A stretch of DNA of 62,417 nt, counting the filler, from Pirum gemmata (Eukaryota): NCBI GenBank assembly GCA_002812295.1. It is 8 parts of 8 records of this genome, joined end to end, with 100 filler letters (N's around TTAATTAATTAA, not from the genome) between each part and the next. Parts side by side here need not be neighbours in the genome. Positions count along the whole stretch, not along the records: positions 23,960 to 31,576 come from PDIN01000122.1; positions 31,677 to 39,422 come from PDIN01000123.1; 6 more parts are not named here. One strand, written 5' to 3'. Under the pieces are notes generated by a model, which made no database searches, was not told the origin of the DNA, and saw only the letters and a program-made list of their open reading frames with translations. Within the stretch, counting starts at the first letter, position 1. Each line of letters opens with the position of its first letter. The position numbers were made by a program, and so were the translations under genes. This document shows positions 24,155-37,400 of this stretch, in pieces.

Positions 24155-25120
24155 CTTGAGGGATTTACATAAGCGGTATTATAATAAATTGCTGCCATAA
24201 TGTATACAGTCCAAAACATAGCCATGTAAAAAAAATTACATAATAAAATCAACCCAATATGCCTCGTATGAACATATACACTATCATATTTATCTTGGCT
24301 TCTTTTTAATAATTTGATTTTGATAATCTCATAAATCGGATAAAGTACCCCGGCGTGAACAAGCCAGAAAAACAAACTACTTGCCCCTTTGTGTGAAATG
24401 GTTTTTTGTAATTAAAATTTGATCAATACAAATAAATTTATATATTATTATAATCGTGATCACTTTACAAGACAAATGATGTATTAGAAGGAAAATGTAA
24501 GGTAAGTGTCTTGTTTAGATAATTAAATAAAAAAAATAATAGTCATTGTAGTAATAATAGTAATAATAGTAGTAGTATTAATATTAGAGATGATAGTGAT
24601 AATAATAATAATACTAATACTAATACTAATACAATGTTAATTATTTTTTTCATCCAAATCCTAATCCAAATCCAAATCCAAATCCTAATCCAAATCCTAA
24701 TCCAAATCCTAATCCAAATCCAAATCCTAATCCTAATCCTAATCCCAAACCTAATCCCAAACCTAAACCCAAACCTAAACCTAAACCTAATCCCAAACCT
24801 AAACCTAATCCCAAACCTAATCCCAAACCTAATCCTAATCCTAAACCTAAACCTAAACCTAAACCTAAACCTAATCCTAATCCTAATCCTAATCCTAATC
24901 CTAATCCTAATCCTAATCCTAATCCTAATCCTAATCTTAATCTTAATCTTAATCCTAATCCTAATCCTAATCCTAATCCTAATCCTAATCCTAATCCTAA
25001 TCCTAATCCAAATCCAAATCCTAAGAAATTTCATGTACCTGTCAGTAAAAGATAAGGATGCATATCAACGTACCATATTCCTGTTGTGGTTGTATAATTT
25101 TCCACAGAATTAGATGACAT
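24155..25120 (-). CDS. 5' part of a multi-pass membrane protein with GPCR-like topology; exons 25120-25039 and 24386-24155; truncated by contig end
   Basis: [58 protein letters not shown]...[27 protein letters not shown]: NxT site, TM1, basic loop, TM2; phase-1 GT-AG intron. Confidence 0.65.
24654..25023 (+). repeat. Intronic (AATCCT/AAACCT/AATCCA)n hexamer array
   Basis: Direct read; explains the spurious RI/IL-repeat ORFs. Confidence 0.95.
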
Positions 25121-26392
25121 GGTTTTTTAATGATTTAATGGGTTTAGCTTATTTAAATTAATCTTACTTTAATTATTTATATATCAGTTAGTTTACTTAA
25201 AAGTTAATTTATTTATTTATTCAATCAATTAATTTAATTTACTTTTTTTGAAATTTATTTTCTTTGTTCATTTCATTTTTATATTACGTTTCCTTTCACA
25301 AGCTTTTTTGTCTTTTGTTTTTTGCCGTGTGTTGAGTTTATTTTTCTAATAAATTTAACTTCACTTCACTTTTCATATATACGGTATAGATAATATTATT
25401 TACTTTAATTAATGGTTTTATTAATTTTTTAATTTTAAAATTAATTTATTTTCTTTTTTTATTTATCAATTTTATTTCTTTTAAAATTCATTTTATTTAT
25501 TTATATATATACACTGAAAAAAATATTTGGTAACAAACCATTTGTTATTTTTTTATTTATTTATGCAGTTTTCGCACATCGTTCTCAGTTAAGTACCTCC
25601 GATGTTATTATTATAACTTTACTTCTTATATCTGGTCTTGGTTATGTTTATTATTATTGATTATTGATTATTATTATTATTATTATTATCTTCGGAATAA
25701 TTTTTTAAAAAAAAAAAAAATTATTTTTTCATGGTAATATTCATAGTCATAGTCTAGTCTAATAAAGCTCGTAACTTTATTTTGTTTTCATAAACTCATC
25801 ATAATACTGAATGAAGTAGATCTAGACTACCTACCGGTCTCTACTACTAGCTAGACTAGCTAGGTAGAGGTCTATATGATAAAAAAAAATTTTTGAGTTT
25901 GTTTTTTGTTTTTTGATTCAAAAACTTTTTGTGGTTTCCCATATACGGGAAAAACATAACCAAACAGCTCTCGATCGTAATAGTCTCGATTCGATGGTTT
26001 TTCCACATCTCCTTTTTTTTTTAAAAAAATGCTTTTCCATGATGTAAAATAATTATTATAATTTTATAAACGACGATGATCTATAAAAAGACTATATTAA
26101 TTAAATATTATTAGAAATGTAACGATTGAAAAGACTGAAAAACTACTGAAAAAGTAGGAAAAGCTGTCTAAATTATTTTGAATACAGTCCTACTACTATT
26201 GTAGTACTATATGATATCCAGTTATATCCACTTTAGCCTACTATATATAGGTGGAAATAGTGAAAATTCTTCTATCTTATTCTAATCTAAAGTACTTTCC
26301 TAAAAGTACTTTCTTTTTTATATATATATAGACTAGACAGACCGGTCTAGAGTCTAGACTAGTGCTTTTTAGTGCTTTTTAGTGCTTTTCAG

Positions 26393-26575
26393 GTGGTTTT
26401 CAGTTGTTTTGTCATCATAAGATCAACAATAAATAGTACCAAATTAATACAATATAAATCCATTTAATTTAATTTGGTATATTTTATTATCTATTTATTG
26501 ATTTTTAAAATGTCAATTTAAAGATTATAGTCTAGCCCTCTAAATAAAGTGATAAAATAAATGAAAAGCACAATA
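26393..26575 (+). mobile_element. MITE family A
   Basis: gtggttttcagttgttttgtcatcataa...tgaaaagcacaata; left end stuttered (agtgctttt x3). Confidence 0.88.
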
Positions 26576-26783
26576 TAGCTATATATATACATGTCGATAT
26601 AAATGTAGTCTCATGTAGACCATTTCTCTACCGTCTCTCTAGCTACCTACTAGCTAGCTAGCACTGCGGCCTACCAAGTAGCTACTCTAGCTATCAATAC
26701 TAGTAGTCTACCAAGCAAACTACTGACCTAGCTATCGATAGCTATCGATAGTATCATAGACTGCATTGAGCTAGCTAGCATAC

Positions 26784-27545
26784 TAAGCCAGATAAAAATG
26801 GCGACATATGTGCAGTGGCGACATGCCATCGTAGCCTCATAGGCTCATAGCTATCGTGATTCGTGATAGCTATTATCATAGGGATTCATAGCTAGCTAGT
26901 AGTAGCTCTAGCTAGCTATCATACTACTAGAGGGTAATATATATATCGAAGATCCATCAAAATAAATAGCTCAAAATCTCAAAATGATCACGGCCACCTA
27001 TCATACTACGACTAGCTAGACTAGCTAGCTAGTAAAAGTATCTAGATATTGTGGTTTTCATTTATTTTCCAATATTTATTTGGTTGGTTATGATATTTAA
27101 ATTGACTTTTTTTAAATGAATAAATAGATAATAAAATATACCAAATTAAATGAAATGGATTTATATTGTATTAATTTGGTACTTTTTTTGTATATTTTAT
27201 GATAACAAAACAACCGAAAAGCACGATACTAGCTAGCTAGTAGACTAGTATACTAGTCTACTAAATTTTGAGAAATCGTCAGGGTTAGGGTTAGGGTTAG
27301 GGTAACATTTATTGTTATTATCAATATCATTGTTATAATTATTTTCATGAATATGATTATTCCTTTATTAAAAGTTTATTGTTGACGTTATTATCACTAT
27401 CATTATGAGAAACATTATCATTATCAGTATTTATTGTTATAATATCATTATTTTTACTATTATTAAACTATTATAAACCAATGGCTAGTTTTTCAAGATA
27501 ATTTGGCTTGTTAGCATTAAAGGTTTTTAGAAAAGAAGTCTAAAA
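26784..27545 (+). mobile_element. MITE family E copy broken into four collinear pieces by insertions
   Basis: agccagataaaaatggcgacat (26786), agctcaaaatctcaaaatgatc (26968), ctactaaattttgagaaatcgtc (27258), tattataaaccaatggctag...tagaaaagaag (27469). Confidence 0.65.
27047..27228 (-). mobile_element. MITE family A nested in the family E copy
   Basis: tattgtggttttca...cgaaaagcacgata. Confidence 0.88.
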
Positions 27546-27554
27546 AAAAATGAT

Positions 27555-27631
27555 AGGTTACAGTTATACAGTTTATAGTTGTAGTTTATTGACTTGTTTC
27601 ATAATACTTTGGTATAAGTCAATGATTTGAC
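27555..27631 (+). mobile_element. Family F, 5' fragment
   Basis: taggttacagtt...gacttgtttcataatactttggtataag. Confidence 0.7.
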
Positions 27632-27664
27632 TACTACTGCAGACACTGTAGTATCAATTGATAC

Positions 27665-27836
27665 TATCGTCTATCTCATGACACTTGTCCATTGAAGTGT
27701 ATAATTGAGCTTTATAAAATACAACAATAAAAGTGTAAAATACCAAATTAATTAAAATATGTCTGATAGTTTAACCATAATAATAATTTGGTATGTTTAT
27801 TTGGTATGTTTTGAACTGGGCAACACTGTTGAAAAA
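27665..27836 (-). mobile_element. MITE family B
   Basis: tatcgtctatctca...ttgaactgggcaacactgttgaaaaa. Confidence 0.85.
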
Positions 27837-29281
27837 ATTAGTGTCAAAACTCAAAAGGAGTTTTTTCTTTTCTTGAACTCCTTGGAAAACTGAAAACAGT
27901 CTGAAAACTATGATCTGGTTTAGTAGCTAGCTACTCCACCCAGATTGGCATCCAGAAGTCATCCAGACCCCCCTTGACAGACAAGCTACTGACTACTCTA
28001 TCACTCTACTATCGGTAATCTAGCTAGAGCTAGCTAGCTAGAGCTAGACTACTATCGATAGGAACTTATCGATAGCTACGGTAGACTACAAAAAAGGTGA
28101 TCGAAGACTCTTGAAGAAACGATTTTTTAAAAAAAACAAATAAAAAGACCCAAAGCCAAAACACACCCATAACACCAATAGACGGTTTATATAGACCTAC
28201 TTACCGTACTGACTTACCCTCTTACCCTACTAGCTAGCTAGCTAGCTAGCTTTGTCGTAGACCTAGCTAGTTAGCTAGAAGATATCGATAGTTTCATTTA
28301 TTTAGCTGACCTCGTATGATAATAGTCCGTAATAATACAAAAACAGCACTAAAAAAAATGAACTTTTATCCTGATTCCTGATAGACTAATCAATTATCAC
28401 GATTCACATAGACCTTTTTTCCCTCCAGCCAGCTAGCTAGCCATGCCTTTTTCCTGCGGTCTTTGATTATCAGCTAGCTACAGTATATAGCAGCTAGAGA
28501 GGTTTGAACTTGGAACTTTATTTTTTAAGCAGAAGATGAGGGGTCTCTAATACTAAGCTATTGAAGTAGTTAAGCCCTAAAATTTTGAAAATCACAATAT
28601 TTTATATAAATCAAGGCATGTAAGGAGCAGTCAAAAGGAGTAACAAAAGGAGTAACCCGGTAGATATGAAAATCACAATATTTTATATGAGTCCGATCCC
28701 CTTGTGCTAGCTAGCTAGTAGTTCCTTTGAATAAGCTGATAGACATAGACTATATGATATATATGATATATATGATATATATGATTGTACATTGAAAATA
28801 AATACATTATAAATAAATACAAAGACTTGAAACCCTTGATAATTAATCTATTATTTATCTAATAAATCATAACTAAATCATACATCTACACCCACCTAGT
28901 CTATGATATAATATATAATACTTTTCAGTTGTTTTGTCATCATGAAATATACTATCATATTATTAATTAATTTTATTATTTATTTGATAGGAAAGCTACT
29001 AGCAGTTGATGGAAAAGAGTGGAAAAGTTTTGCTGGAAAGTTTTGTAACTTTTGTTGTGTTTTTTTAATCTGCTATCATATTATGACATGATAATTATGA
29101 GACTGTAGACTATACTGACTGTATCTATATTTGCGTAATCATTCATAGACCTATAAGCACTCTTCATTTATTTTTTATTTCTCTTGTCTCTCTTGTCGAG
29201 CTACTCAGACCTACTCTAGCTAGCTAGCTAGCTAGTAGCTAGTGTCAGTGTCACCGCGTCTTGAGACTTGTGTGCCTTTTA

Positions 29282-29420
29282 TGTCATTCATTAACGGCGT
29301 CATTCTAAAATACCTTTTCTAGATTTCCATTTAAATGGCTTATATTGAAATCTAAAAGCTTACAATTTTTATCAGATAGGTCAGATGGTAGTGTTTATGA
29401 TGACGCCATTAATGTTCCTA
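29282..29420 (+). mobile_element. Repeat family G
   Basis: agatttccatttaaatgg...gataggtcaga...gtgtttatgatgacgccatt; copies at 37258 and 44573. Confidence 0.7.
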
Positions 29421-31146
29421 ACTATGAACACAAAAAATTATAAATAGTCGAGTTATTAAAAAATATTCGAGCTATTAATTGTTTGATAGATTTGAAATTA
29501 TTTTCCTGCTAAAATGTTTTGTATGTTCAGACTATGTTCAGTATAATTATGTTGGTACTTTTTCAGTTTTGTTTGCTGAAACTTGAAAGTAAACAGCAGC
29601 TAGCTAACATGGGATTTTAAAAAAGTTCTCATGTTTACAATTTAATTATAAAAGTGTTTACAAGAGCGTAAAAGAATATTACTTACTACCGAGTTCTGTT
29701 ACTCAGCTCAACCGACACGTCACACGAGTCAGTCTTTTCTTTGCATGAGTCAGTCTTTTCTTTTTTCTTTTCTTTTTTTATTAAAAAATATAATAATAGG
29801 AACGTTAATGCCAAGAAGCAAGCTATTTTTTAAAGACCTATCCTGGATACAGTGATACTATCGTAGCTTACGAATAGCTTTACGAATTTAGCATGCGAAT
29901 TTAGCTAGTATTGTAATAGTATTGTCAATTTGTCATGCTTTGTCTATACCGGTAGATCTAAATTGATATAAAGTTATCGATACTATTTGAATTTTGATAT
30001 AATTATTATCATAAGTTTTTATTCTGGTAATACATTACTAATACTAACAGTCTTTTTTAAGTTGATATATATATGATACAGTATACGTAATAGTAATATA
30101 TATCCAGATTATACAGCCATATTATATTCATACTATAGAAGATAGTTAATTTGTTCTAACATATTTTTTAACATAATTTTTAATTATTAATGCCAAATTC
30201 AAAAGAGTATATTGTATTCAAAAGAGTATTCAAAGTATGATTCTGTATTCAAACCAGATTCAAACAATATTCAAAGTATGATTTATTACTGATTTATTAC
30301 ACTTTTATTACTGTTTTGAACTTTTGAATAGACTGATTAAGACGTAGATTACCAAAGGTAATAGTAATCGGGAATAATTCGACCAAAATAAGCAAAATTA
30401 CCTGACCAAAATAACTCAAAATAAGATCTGATTTGTTAATGAGGGAAGTTCAGGGAACCTGAAGTAAATGAGTAAAAAATTTTTTTTTAAAAAAAAAAGT
30501 AAAATGAACCAAAAAGAACTAGAAAGAACTAGCCAAAAACATGCAAAAACAATAAAAAAATGAAAAAGCCTAAATTCGACTGCGATTTGTTAAAATGACA
30601 TGTGACATAATGTCATTGCACTATTTTTTAATTCTCAAATCTTTTTATTATTAGAAAATACATGTTTTAAAAAATTGATTAATTACATGTAGCTAATTAG
30701 CTATGATATTTAATATTATTAGTAAGGGAACCATTGAATCATTTGAACGGTATATCGTAAATTGTACGAACATAAGGATAATGTTGTAGTTGTTGGTTAC
30801 AATATTATACTAAATTTAAACCTGAGTTCTCGCATTATTCTTGTCGAAAACCTCGAGCATTCGAAAGTTTGCCATAATATTATTGAGTAAGAACTTGTAG
30901 TGGTAAGTCTCATAATTATGGTTATATAGACTAATATATTATTGCCAAGTGTCGTGCCAAGTGTTCTGGCCAAGTGTTTCGGGGGGGGAAGTATTGTGGA
31001 GTAATATGACCATTATTGGTGACTAAAATTAATTGTTGGTTGTAGACCAAACAAATGGTATAATAAACTAACTTTTCAGTTTGCAATATTAAAAACTGAA
31101 AAAGCTGCTGAACAGGTCTGCTGAAAAAGTGGTGTTAATACCGTGT

Positions 31147-31337
31147 TATCGTGCTTTTTAGTTTTGTCATAATAAAATATCCAATAAAGACAATAAAGAG
31201 TACCAAATTAATACAATAAAAATCCATTTCATTAAATTTGATACACTTTATTATGTATTTACTAATTTAAAAATGACAATTTAAGTATTATAGCTAACCA
31301 AATAAATATTCTGAATGACAATATAAATGAAAAGCAC
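31147..31337 (+). mobile_element. MITE family A
   Basis: tatcgtgctttt...tgaaaagcac. Confidence 0.88.
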
Positions 31338-31576
31338 AACAAAAAAAAATTGTTTGGTTGGTTGGTCTATCCGGCAATTCAATGTATCACGCGTTAATTT
31401 TAAAAAAAAAATTTTTAAAAAATTAAATTAAAAATGCAACTAGACTATGCTGTCTATGCATAAATTCACACAGCATAATATTCATATAATATTGCATATC
31501 ACTACTATATCACTATTTTTTTTTAAAAAAAAAAAAATCATTAAAAAATCATTTTTTTTTTTTTTTTTTTTTTTTT

Positions 31577-31676
31577 NNNNNNNNNNNNNNNNNNNNNNNN
31601 NNNNNNNNNNNNNNNNNNNNTTAATTAATTAANNNNNNNNNNNNNNNNNNNNNNNNNNNNNNNNNNNNNNNNNNNN
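31577..31676. other. Artificial contig-joining spacer
   Basis: N-TTAATTAATTAA-N linker. Confidence 0.97.
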
Positions 31677-31687
31677 TGATAATGATA

Positions 31688-31720
<33 letters not shown>

Positions 31721-32004
31721 GGGATGATGATGATGATGATGATGATTATGATGATTATGATGCTGGTGATGATGATGATGATGATGATGATGGTGATGAT
31801 GGTGATGGTGATGATGATGATGATGATGGTGATGATGGAGATGATGTTGAGGATGGTGATGATGATGATGATATCGATGATAATGACAATGATAATGATG
31901 ATAATGATAATGATGATGATTATGATGATAATAATAAGAATAATAATAATTATAATAATTATAATAATAATAATAATAATAATAATATTAATAATAATAA
32001 TAAC

Positions 32005-32049
<45 letters not shown>

Positions 32050-32050
32050 T
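31677..32050 (+). repeat. (GAT)n grading into (AAT)n microsatellite
   Basis: Direct read. Confidence 0.95.
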
Positions 32051-32079
32051 TATTTATACATCATGATCAGGTCTAGTAG

Positions 32080-32655
32080 AATGAGTTCAAGTACCCTATT
32101 TCGTTTCTTTGTAAACTCTGATAAGGACGCCGTAGACGACATAGAGCGTACAAATGAAAGTACAGATAAGCTAAATGAACGTATAGGACCTATAGGTGTG
32201 TGTGCCTGGAGTGAACCTTGTGATAGAACGTATAAATGGAAGTATGGATGAGAACTGACAAAACAGAAATGTAAGTAAGAAGTTGGGTAGAAAAAGAGAG
32301 GCTAAGAAGGTTTTTGAAGAGGTGGCTAAATTAGCTCAGGAGGCTGGGGCAGAGGATGAAACTACTTCAAACAAAACCAAACGAGGGAAGGTAAAGTAAA
32401 CTTCAGTAAAGCCTACTAGCTAGGGATAGAGCTACGAAACTGAGCAAATTGATGTGGATGAATAAATTAATCAAGAGAGGAGAGCGTCCTATTACTACTA
32501 GTAACAATAAAATATATTGTCAGCCTTGTCTCATGACTTTGGCTAACAAATTGAGTACTTTAATTAAAAGAGGCCACGTATTGGATTCTAGAAGTCACAA
32601 CGAAAAGTCTGGCGAGATAGCTCAATCAGCTGGTGTAAACTGTAAATTCGTGTAA
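32080..32655 (+). pseudogene. Decayed coding relic ending in a CGGBP1-like C2H2 finger (transposase N-terminus type)
   Basis: NNKIYCQPCLMTLANKLSTLIKRGHVLDSRSHNEK resembles CGGBP1 KLFCTSC...KSAISDHLKSKTH; upstream in-frame pieces (EAKKVFEEVAKLAQEAG) are broken by stops. Confidence 0.5.
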
Positions 32656-34339
32656 ACAGATTAGTTTGACGAGCGATCTATCTCACCAGACTTTTAACTT
32701 GTCCTTGTCCAACCATATCGGGTATGTACCCATGAATATATAGTATGTATTGATACATATGACATATGTAGATGTATCAATACATATTTGTATCTAACTA
32801 ACATTATTTAACCATATTGGGATGTATTTGGAACCATATAAAGTATGTCTTTAACCATATTGGGATATATTTGGAACCATATAAAGTATGTATCCGAAAT
32901 TAGACATTCTAGATACCCGTCCGTATGTTTTTATAATTATTTCTGTTTAATTTGTTTATATAGTATTATACATTAAATTCAAATTTTGTTGATTTGTTTC
33001 ATTATTCTAATGTATAATGCATGTACGGGTTATAATTAATTATTATATGATTGATATAACATGATTAAGGTTCATAATAATTTATAAATATTACGAAGTT
33101 GTAGTTGTAATAGTAATATAATATTACTTGAAATTATAAAATTAATATTTTAATTTTTAATATTAATATTATCAATAAAATATTAACGTTTTATTAATAA
33201 TGATATCGACTGTAATGTGGATAATAGTAAACTAATGCTTAATTAATATTATTATTATCATAATAATTAATTAATATCAATATTAATATAATTATATTAA
33301 TATAAAACATTATAATTATAATTGATTATATAAATTATTATATATCATAATAATAATGTATATATAATAACGTATTGTCTGAGTTACCAACACTTTTCCA
33401 AGTCTAATACTCGAACACACGTATTAATTAGCACTAGCAATTAATAAACACCAAACAACAAACTAATTATAACTTCTAAACAAAGTATATAACATTATGC
33501 GTAATCAAATAAATTACAATAATATGCAGTTTATTAATATATAGGTGCTTCAGTTTTACAATTTTATCCAGTTCGTTTAGCGTTGTATCAAATCGGTCAT
33601 ATTTTAATTAAAAACATACTTAGACCTCATAGTTACCTCATGTATGTAAAATTAACATTATCGGGGATAATATTATTTAATATTATATTTATGATAATAT
33701 CCATGTATCTAAGCTAGCTCTTAGCTCTAGTAGCTAGCTAGAACGGGGTTCTTCGTGTTCAGACGGTGTTCTTCCCATATTCTTATTTATCACTATAGTC
33801 TATATTCTTATCATAGTTTTGATCTCAAAAAACCCCATCCTTTAGAGTCCTTCTTTCTTTTGAACTAACCCAGCCCATTTATAAACTAACATAATAATAT
33901 GATATATATGATATTATATCGATATCAGATACAAGATATCTTATAGCTGAGTATATATTTTGACGGATTTTGACTATTTTGATCAAGGTTTTGCCATTTT
34001 GGTAGTGTTTTGGTCAAAATTTTATAAAACCGATAAAAAAAGCAAGGAGTAGGCCAGAGGAGTAGTCCAGGAGTACTCCAGGAGTACTACCTGGAGTAGT
34101 CTACCATACCATATATCTAATAAAAAATCAAAGAAAAAAAATTCTTCTTGACCATATTATTCATATTATAATTAATACAGTATTAATACATATCCCAATA
34201 TATCAAAAGCTATTTTGGAAAACAAGGATGAAACAAATTTAAACAGGAAACAAACTATGAAACAAGCGAGGAATGCTATAAAATAACAACACAAATGTTA
34301 TGTATAACACAAATTTTATGTATACTATATATTAAAATA

Positions 34340-34478
34340 TAATACTTTATGACATTTCTATGAAAATTACAACAACAAGATAAAACAGTGATGAAACCCA
34401 ACGACAATCAAATCATTTACTTATCATTATATATGATACCAAAACAATATGAAGCAAATCGAAAAATTACAATTATAA
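34340..34478 (-). mobile_element. Family F, degenerate copy
   Basis: acgacaatcaaatcatttactta...gaagcaaatcgaaaaattacaat. Confidence 0.6.
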
Positions 34479-34695
34479 TAATGATATAAATGACATTGTA
34501 TTTAAAATACCGCTCCTTTTTTTCTTTCTATATCATATGATTCATATAATAATATCATAATAAAGAAAGAAGAAAAAATATAGTCTGGTACCGGTATTAA
34601 TATATATGTGGTATGCTATCCATAACACTATCAGATACTTTTTACAGTATGGGATATAGACCGGATAGGCCAGGAGGGGGGGGTGCTGTGAATCN

Positions 34696-34840
34696 TAGGT
34701 TACAGTTACATAGTTAAATTAAAGTTGTAATTAATTTGTTGATTTGTTTCATAATACCTTTTAATTTGGTATAAGTTAATGATTTGATTGTCATTTAGTT
34801 TTAGCTTGTTGTAATTTTCATAATGATACTATACCATAAT
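34696..34840 (+). mobile_element. Family F
   Basis: taggttacagtt...gatttgtttcataatac...ttagcttgttgta. Confidence 0.8.
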
Positions 34841-34880
34841 AGAGGTTTATCGCTCATACATATGATAATATCTGATAGTC

Positions 34881-35095
34881 TGTTTTTCAATAGTGTTGGC
34901 CCAGAGTGTTGTCCAGTTCAAAAACTGAAATAAACGCACAAACGTACCAAATTATTATTATGGTTTAACTATCAGACATGTTTTAATTAATTTGGTATTT
35001 CATACTTAATTTTGTATTTTATAAACAAGTTCAATTATACACTTAAACATTGCCAAATTTTAAAGATTGAGAGGACAATTGTAATGAAATAGACG
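34881..35095 (+). mobile_element. MITE family B
   Basis: tgtttttcaatagtgtt...tgtaatgaaatagacg. Confidence 0.9.
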
Positions 35096-35132
35096 TTTTT
35101 TTTTTTTTTTTTTTTTTTNNNNNNNNNNNNNN

Positions 35133-35246
<114 letters not shown>

Positions 35247-35263
35247 AATATTAACAGTATGAT

Positions 35264-35497
35264 AAATTTGCTGATTTTGCTTCATAATTCTTTGGTATAT
35301 AGGTTTTAATAATTTGATTGTCGTTTGGTTTTAACTTGTTGTACTTTTCATAATAGTACCATAATATATAGCCTGTGATTAACAATTGTGTTGTTCTTTT
35401 GTTGTAGAAGTAAAGTTTTTTCACTTTTGTTCCAAATATTAGACCGGTCTGTAGCGTTATAGTCGATGTTATGGATGTTTTTGCAGTTGTTGTTTTA
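35264..35497 (+). mobile_element. Family F
   Basis: ttgattgtcgtttggttttaacttgttgtac...ttcttttgttgtagaa...gtagcgttatagtcg. Confidence 0.8.
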
Positions 35498-35686
35498 TGA
35501 ATAAATAAATAAATAAATAAATATTAATCAATAACAATACTAGACGATAGACTCTAACTAGCTGGTAGTAGCTAGCTACAGTAGCTTGTTAGTAGAACCG
35601 TAGAGCTGGTAGAAAATGAATAGACTCTACTAGAGCTAGTACCTCACTGTACCTGAATACCCTGATGATTATCGCGATATAATTAT

Positions 35687-35875
35687 TATCGTGCTTTTCA
35701 GTTGTTTTGTCATCATAAAATATACAAAAAAAAGTACCAAATTAATACAATATAAATCCATTTCATTTAATTGGGTATATTTTATTATCTATTTATTCAT
35801 TTAAAAAAGTCAATTTAAATATCATAACCACCCAAATAAATATTTGGAGTGACATAATAAATGGAAAGCACAATA
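35687..35875 (+). mobile_element. MITE family A, full length
   Basis: tatcgtgcttttca...tggaaagcacaata. Confidence 0.92.
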
Positions 35876-36916
35876 GTATTAAAAAAAAATGAATAGAATT
35901 AAACGATGAGAACTGCACATTTAAACCAGGCCGCATCAGGGGGGCATCTTGGGGCCGGTTGGCCAAGGGCCATAAAATGATGACAAACATGTATCGGATA
36001 TAGTATGATATGTATACATACAGAACTATACCAGAGAACTAATATACATAACTTATACATAGCTATTAGCTAGTTACAGAACCTGTACAAATATATTATA
36101 TTAATAATTATGATATTATAAAATTTAATATTATTTTATATAAATATATACTACATATTTTTTAAGCTGCTACTATACTATGAATATTAATTAAAGCCTA
36201 GCTAGACACTGCTAGACGTACTTATATTATAATAATAATATTATCATAAATTTTATAATAAATAAAACCAAGGACTTCAATTTTTTTTTTTTGAAGTCTT
36301 CGATAAAAACTTATCAGTATCTGATATTGAGACCTGTAAGCATAAAAATAGACTTTTAAAATAGTACTTAAATTGTACTAAAATAGGACTAAAATGGTAA
36401 CTAAAATAGCTAAAATAGTCGAGCAAAAAAAATTCCACAAAAAATTCCTTGAAAAAAGAGACAGAGAAACTGACAAGAGACTAGACAGAGGCCTGTTTAG
36501 GGTCTGTTTAGTGTGTGTTTATCCGACTTTATCCAAGAACTTGCTTTATCATCATAAACAGGTATGAAGAAGTTATGAACCATTTTTTAATTAAAATTAA
36601 AATTTATTAAAATGTCTTTATTTTTGAATAACTGTTTCTCTTTCTAGTGGGTCTATGATATCGAGTTGAAAATGTTCAGATCGAAGGCAATCCGACCTAT
36701 GATACTACTAGTAGCCTAGCTAGAGTGACGTTGTCTTTTACCCTAGATACTACTAGCTAGTAGCCTAGACTCTAGAGTGACGTTGTCTTTTACCAGAGCT
36801 AGCTACTAGCTACCCAGGTCATTTACCTTCCCTCCATTTTTTAATCGTACACTTACTGTACATGTTAGTCTCGTGTTTTTCATTGTCTACGTACTGTCTA
36901 CGTAGGAGGAGGTTTC

Positions 36917-37123
36917 ATGGTTTTTCAATAGTGTTGTCAAGTTCAAAAACTGAAATAAACATACCAAACTATTATCATGGTTAAACTATCAGAGACATGC
37001 TTTAACTAATTTGGTATTTTATACTTAATATTGTATTTTATAAACAAGTTCAATTATACACTTTTAAACTTTACTCAATTAATTAAAAAGATTGAGAGGA
37101 CAACTGTAATGAAATAGACGATA
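36917..37123 (+). mobile_element. MITE family B
   Basis: tttttcaatagtgttgtc...tgaaatagacgata. Confidence 0.9.
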
Positions 37124-37257
37124 GCTATTTTTTTTTTTTTTTTTTTTACTAGATAGCTAGCTAGTTGACAAAGTGTCGACAACTATCAAAACCACATGGC
37201 AAAAAATCACCTGAAAAATCACAAGCAAAAAGCAGCAACCAGTTTAGTCGATACCAA

Positions 37258-37400
37258 TAAGGAACATTCAATAATATCCTTTTTCGAGATTTCCATTTTA
37301 ATGGATTAGATTGCAATCTGAAAGCTTAGAATTTTCATCTGATAGGGTCAGAAGGTGGGGAGGATCTGTGGTGTTTATGATGAGGTCATTTAATAATGAA
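37258..37400 (+). mobile_element. Repeat family G
   Basis: aatatcctttttcgagatttcc...gtgtttatgatgaggtcatt. Confidence 0.75.

Noticed and set aside
24543..25113. RI- and IL-repeat ORFs of ~160 aa
   Set aside because: Translations of the hexamer array inside an intron
31682..32080. Poly-Met/poly-Ile ORF
   Set aside because: (GAT)n/(AAT)n microsatellite
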